From assembly GCA_965644265.1 (NCBI GenBank), contig OZ286461.1, forward strand, positions 44,082,001-44,146,000: a DNA stretch of 64,000 bases, read 5' to 3'. The stretch is from Glycera tridactyla (lineage: Eukaryota). The notes below the pieces were generated by a model. That model was not told the origin of the DNA. It made no database searches and was given only the letters and a program-made list of their open reading frames with translations. This document shows, piece by piece, positions 63,474 to 64,000 of the stretch; positions within the stretch are counted from its first letter, which is position 1, and each line of letters opens with the position of its first letter. Made by a program: the position numbers and the translations under genes.

Positions 63474-64000
63474 TTAACTTAACACATCCAATGCATTAGC
63501 TCTTCTAAATCTTTCATTGTTAACATAATCATTGTTATCACTTCCATAATCAATCGCTGGCCGCTCATTTTGACGTGAAACCCCATTGCATTCTCCACAT
63601 GCTGATACACACTGGAGGCCATTTCTGCAACATGTACAAGCTGATGTGGCACATGGCCTTCTGGATGTCATTTTACATTTGTAACGGATCAGATAGAGAG
63701 TATTTTGGTGGACTGGGTTCAATGTCATCATTATTGGTGCAAATTTCCTCCTCTTCAGTTACCAGTCCCATTGAAGAACATCACATTCGACCTTCCTTAA
63801 AGTGTCCCAATGGATGATTTGTGCATGGACACACAATCCATGGGAATGAGCAGCTCTTGCTGTTAGAGGCATCCTCTCAGGCTATTTCTTACAAATAGCT
63901 GCCATTTCCATGTAGCAAGCATACCCATATAACAAGGAGAACAATGTCACTTCAGCTTCTCCAACATCTTCTGCTGTGGTTGTCTGTGAACCAACAGCTG
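63474..64000 (-). pseudogene. Decayed Academ-type transposase C-terminus (Cys-rich finger)
   Basis: One frame reads PERMPLTARAAHSHGLCVHAQ..W...WDW*..PIMM..LIRYKCK..C.TSACTCCRNGLQCVSACGECNG with two in-frame stops; extends beyond the window. Superfamily assignment is from recalled motif architecture. Confidence 0.7.

Overview
Eukaryotic (metazoan invertebrate; repeat content resembles lophotrochozoans, by inference) genomic window with spliceosomal genes and dense transposons; no CRISPR, tRNA or rRNA genes seen. Main content: (1) a 17-exon minus-strand gene for an uncharacterised protein (2204-24271, both ends unresolved). One of its introns holds a ~7.8 kb nest: a Helentron-type non-autonomous element (HINE/DINE-like) carrying a 147-bp satellite array, into which a full-length, ORF-intact hAT transposon inserted (8-bp TSD). 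(2) RPS2 (CDS 41264-51301, TOP/TCT start) head-to-head with a tentative unknown gene. Its introns host eight box C/D snoRNA copies, several per intron: four U18/SNORD18-like, one with the U21/SNORD21 guide, and three of a family I cannot name, one split by a retroelement with an 11-bp TSD. Intron 3 also holds a genomic duplicate of the RPS2 3' end including the poly(A) signal. (3) A small LDL-receptor class A domain gene (minus, ~59.7-60.9 kb), a decayed Academ-type transposase at the right edge, and many MITEs (TA, TTA, 4-bp, 5-bp and 8-bp TSD classes), SINEs, microsatellites and two assembly gaps. All coordinates were read by eye; family assignments rest on recalled motifs, not database searches.
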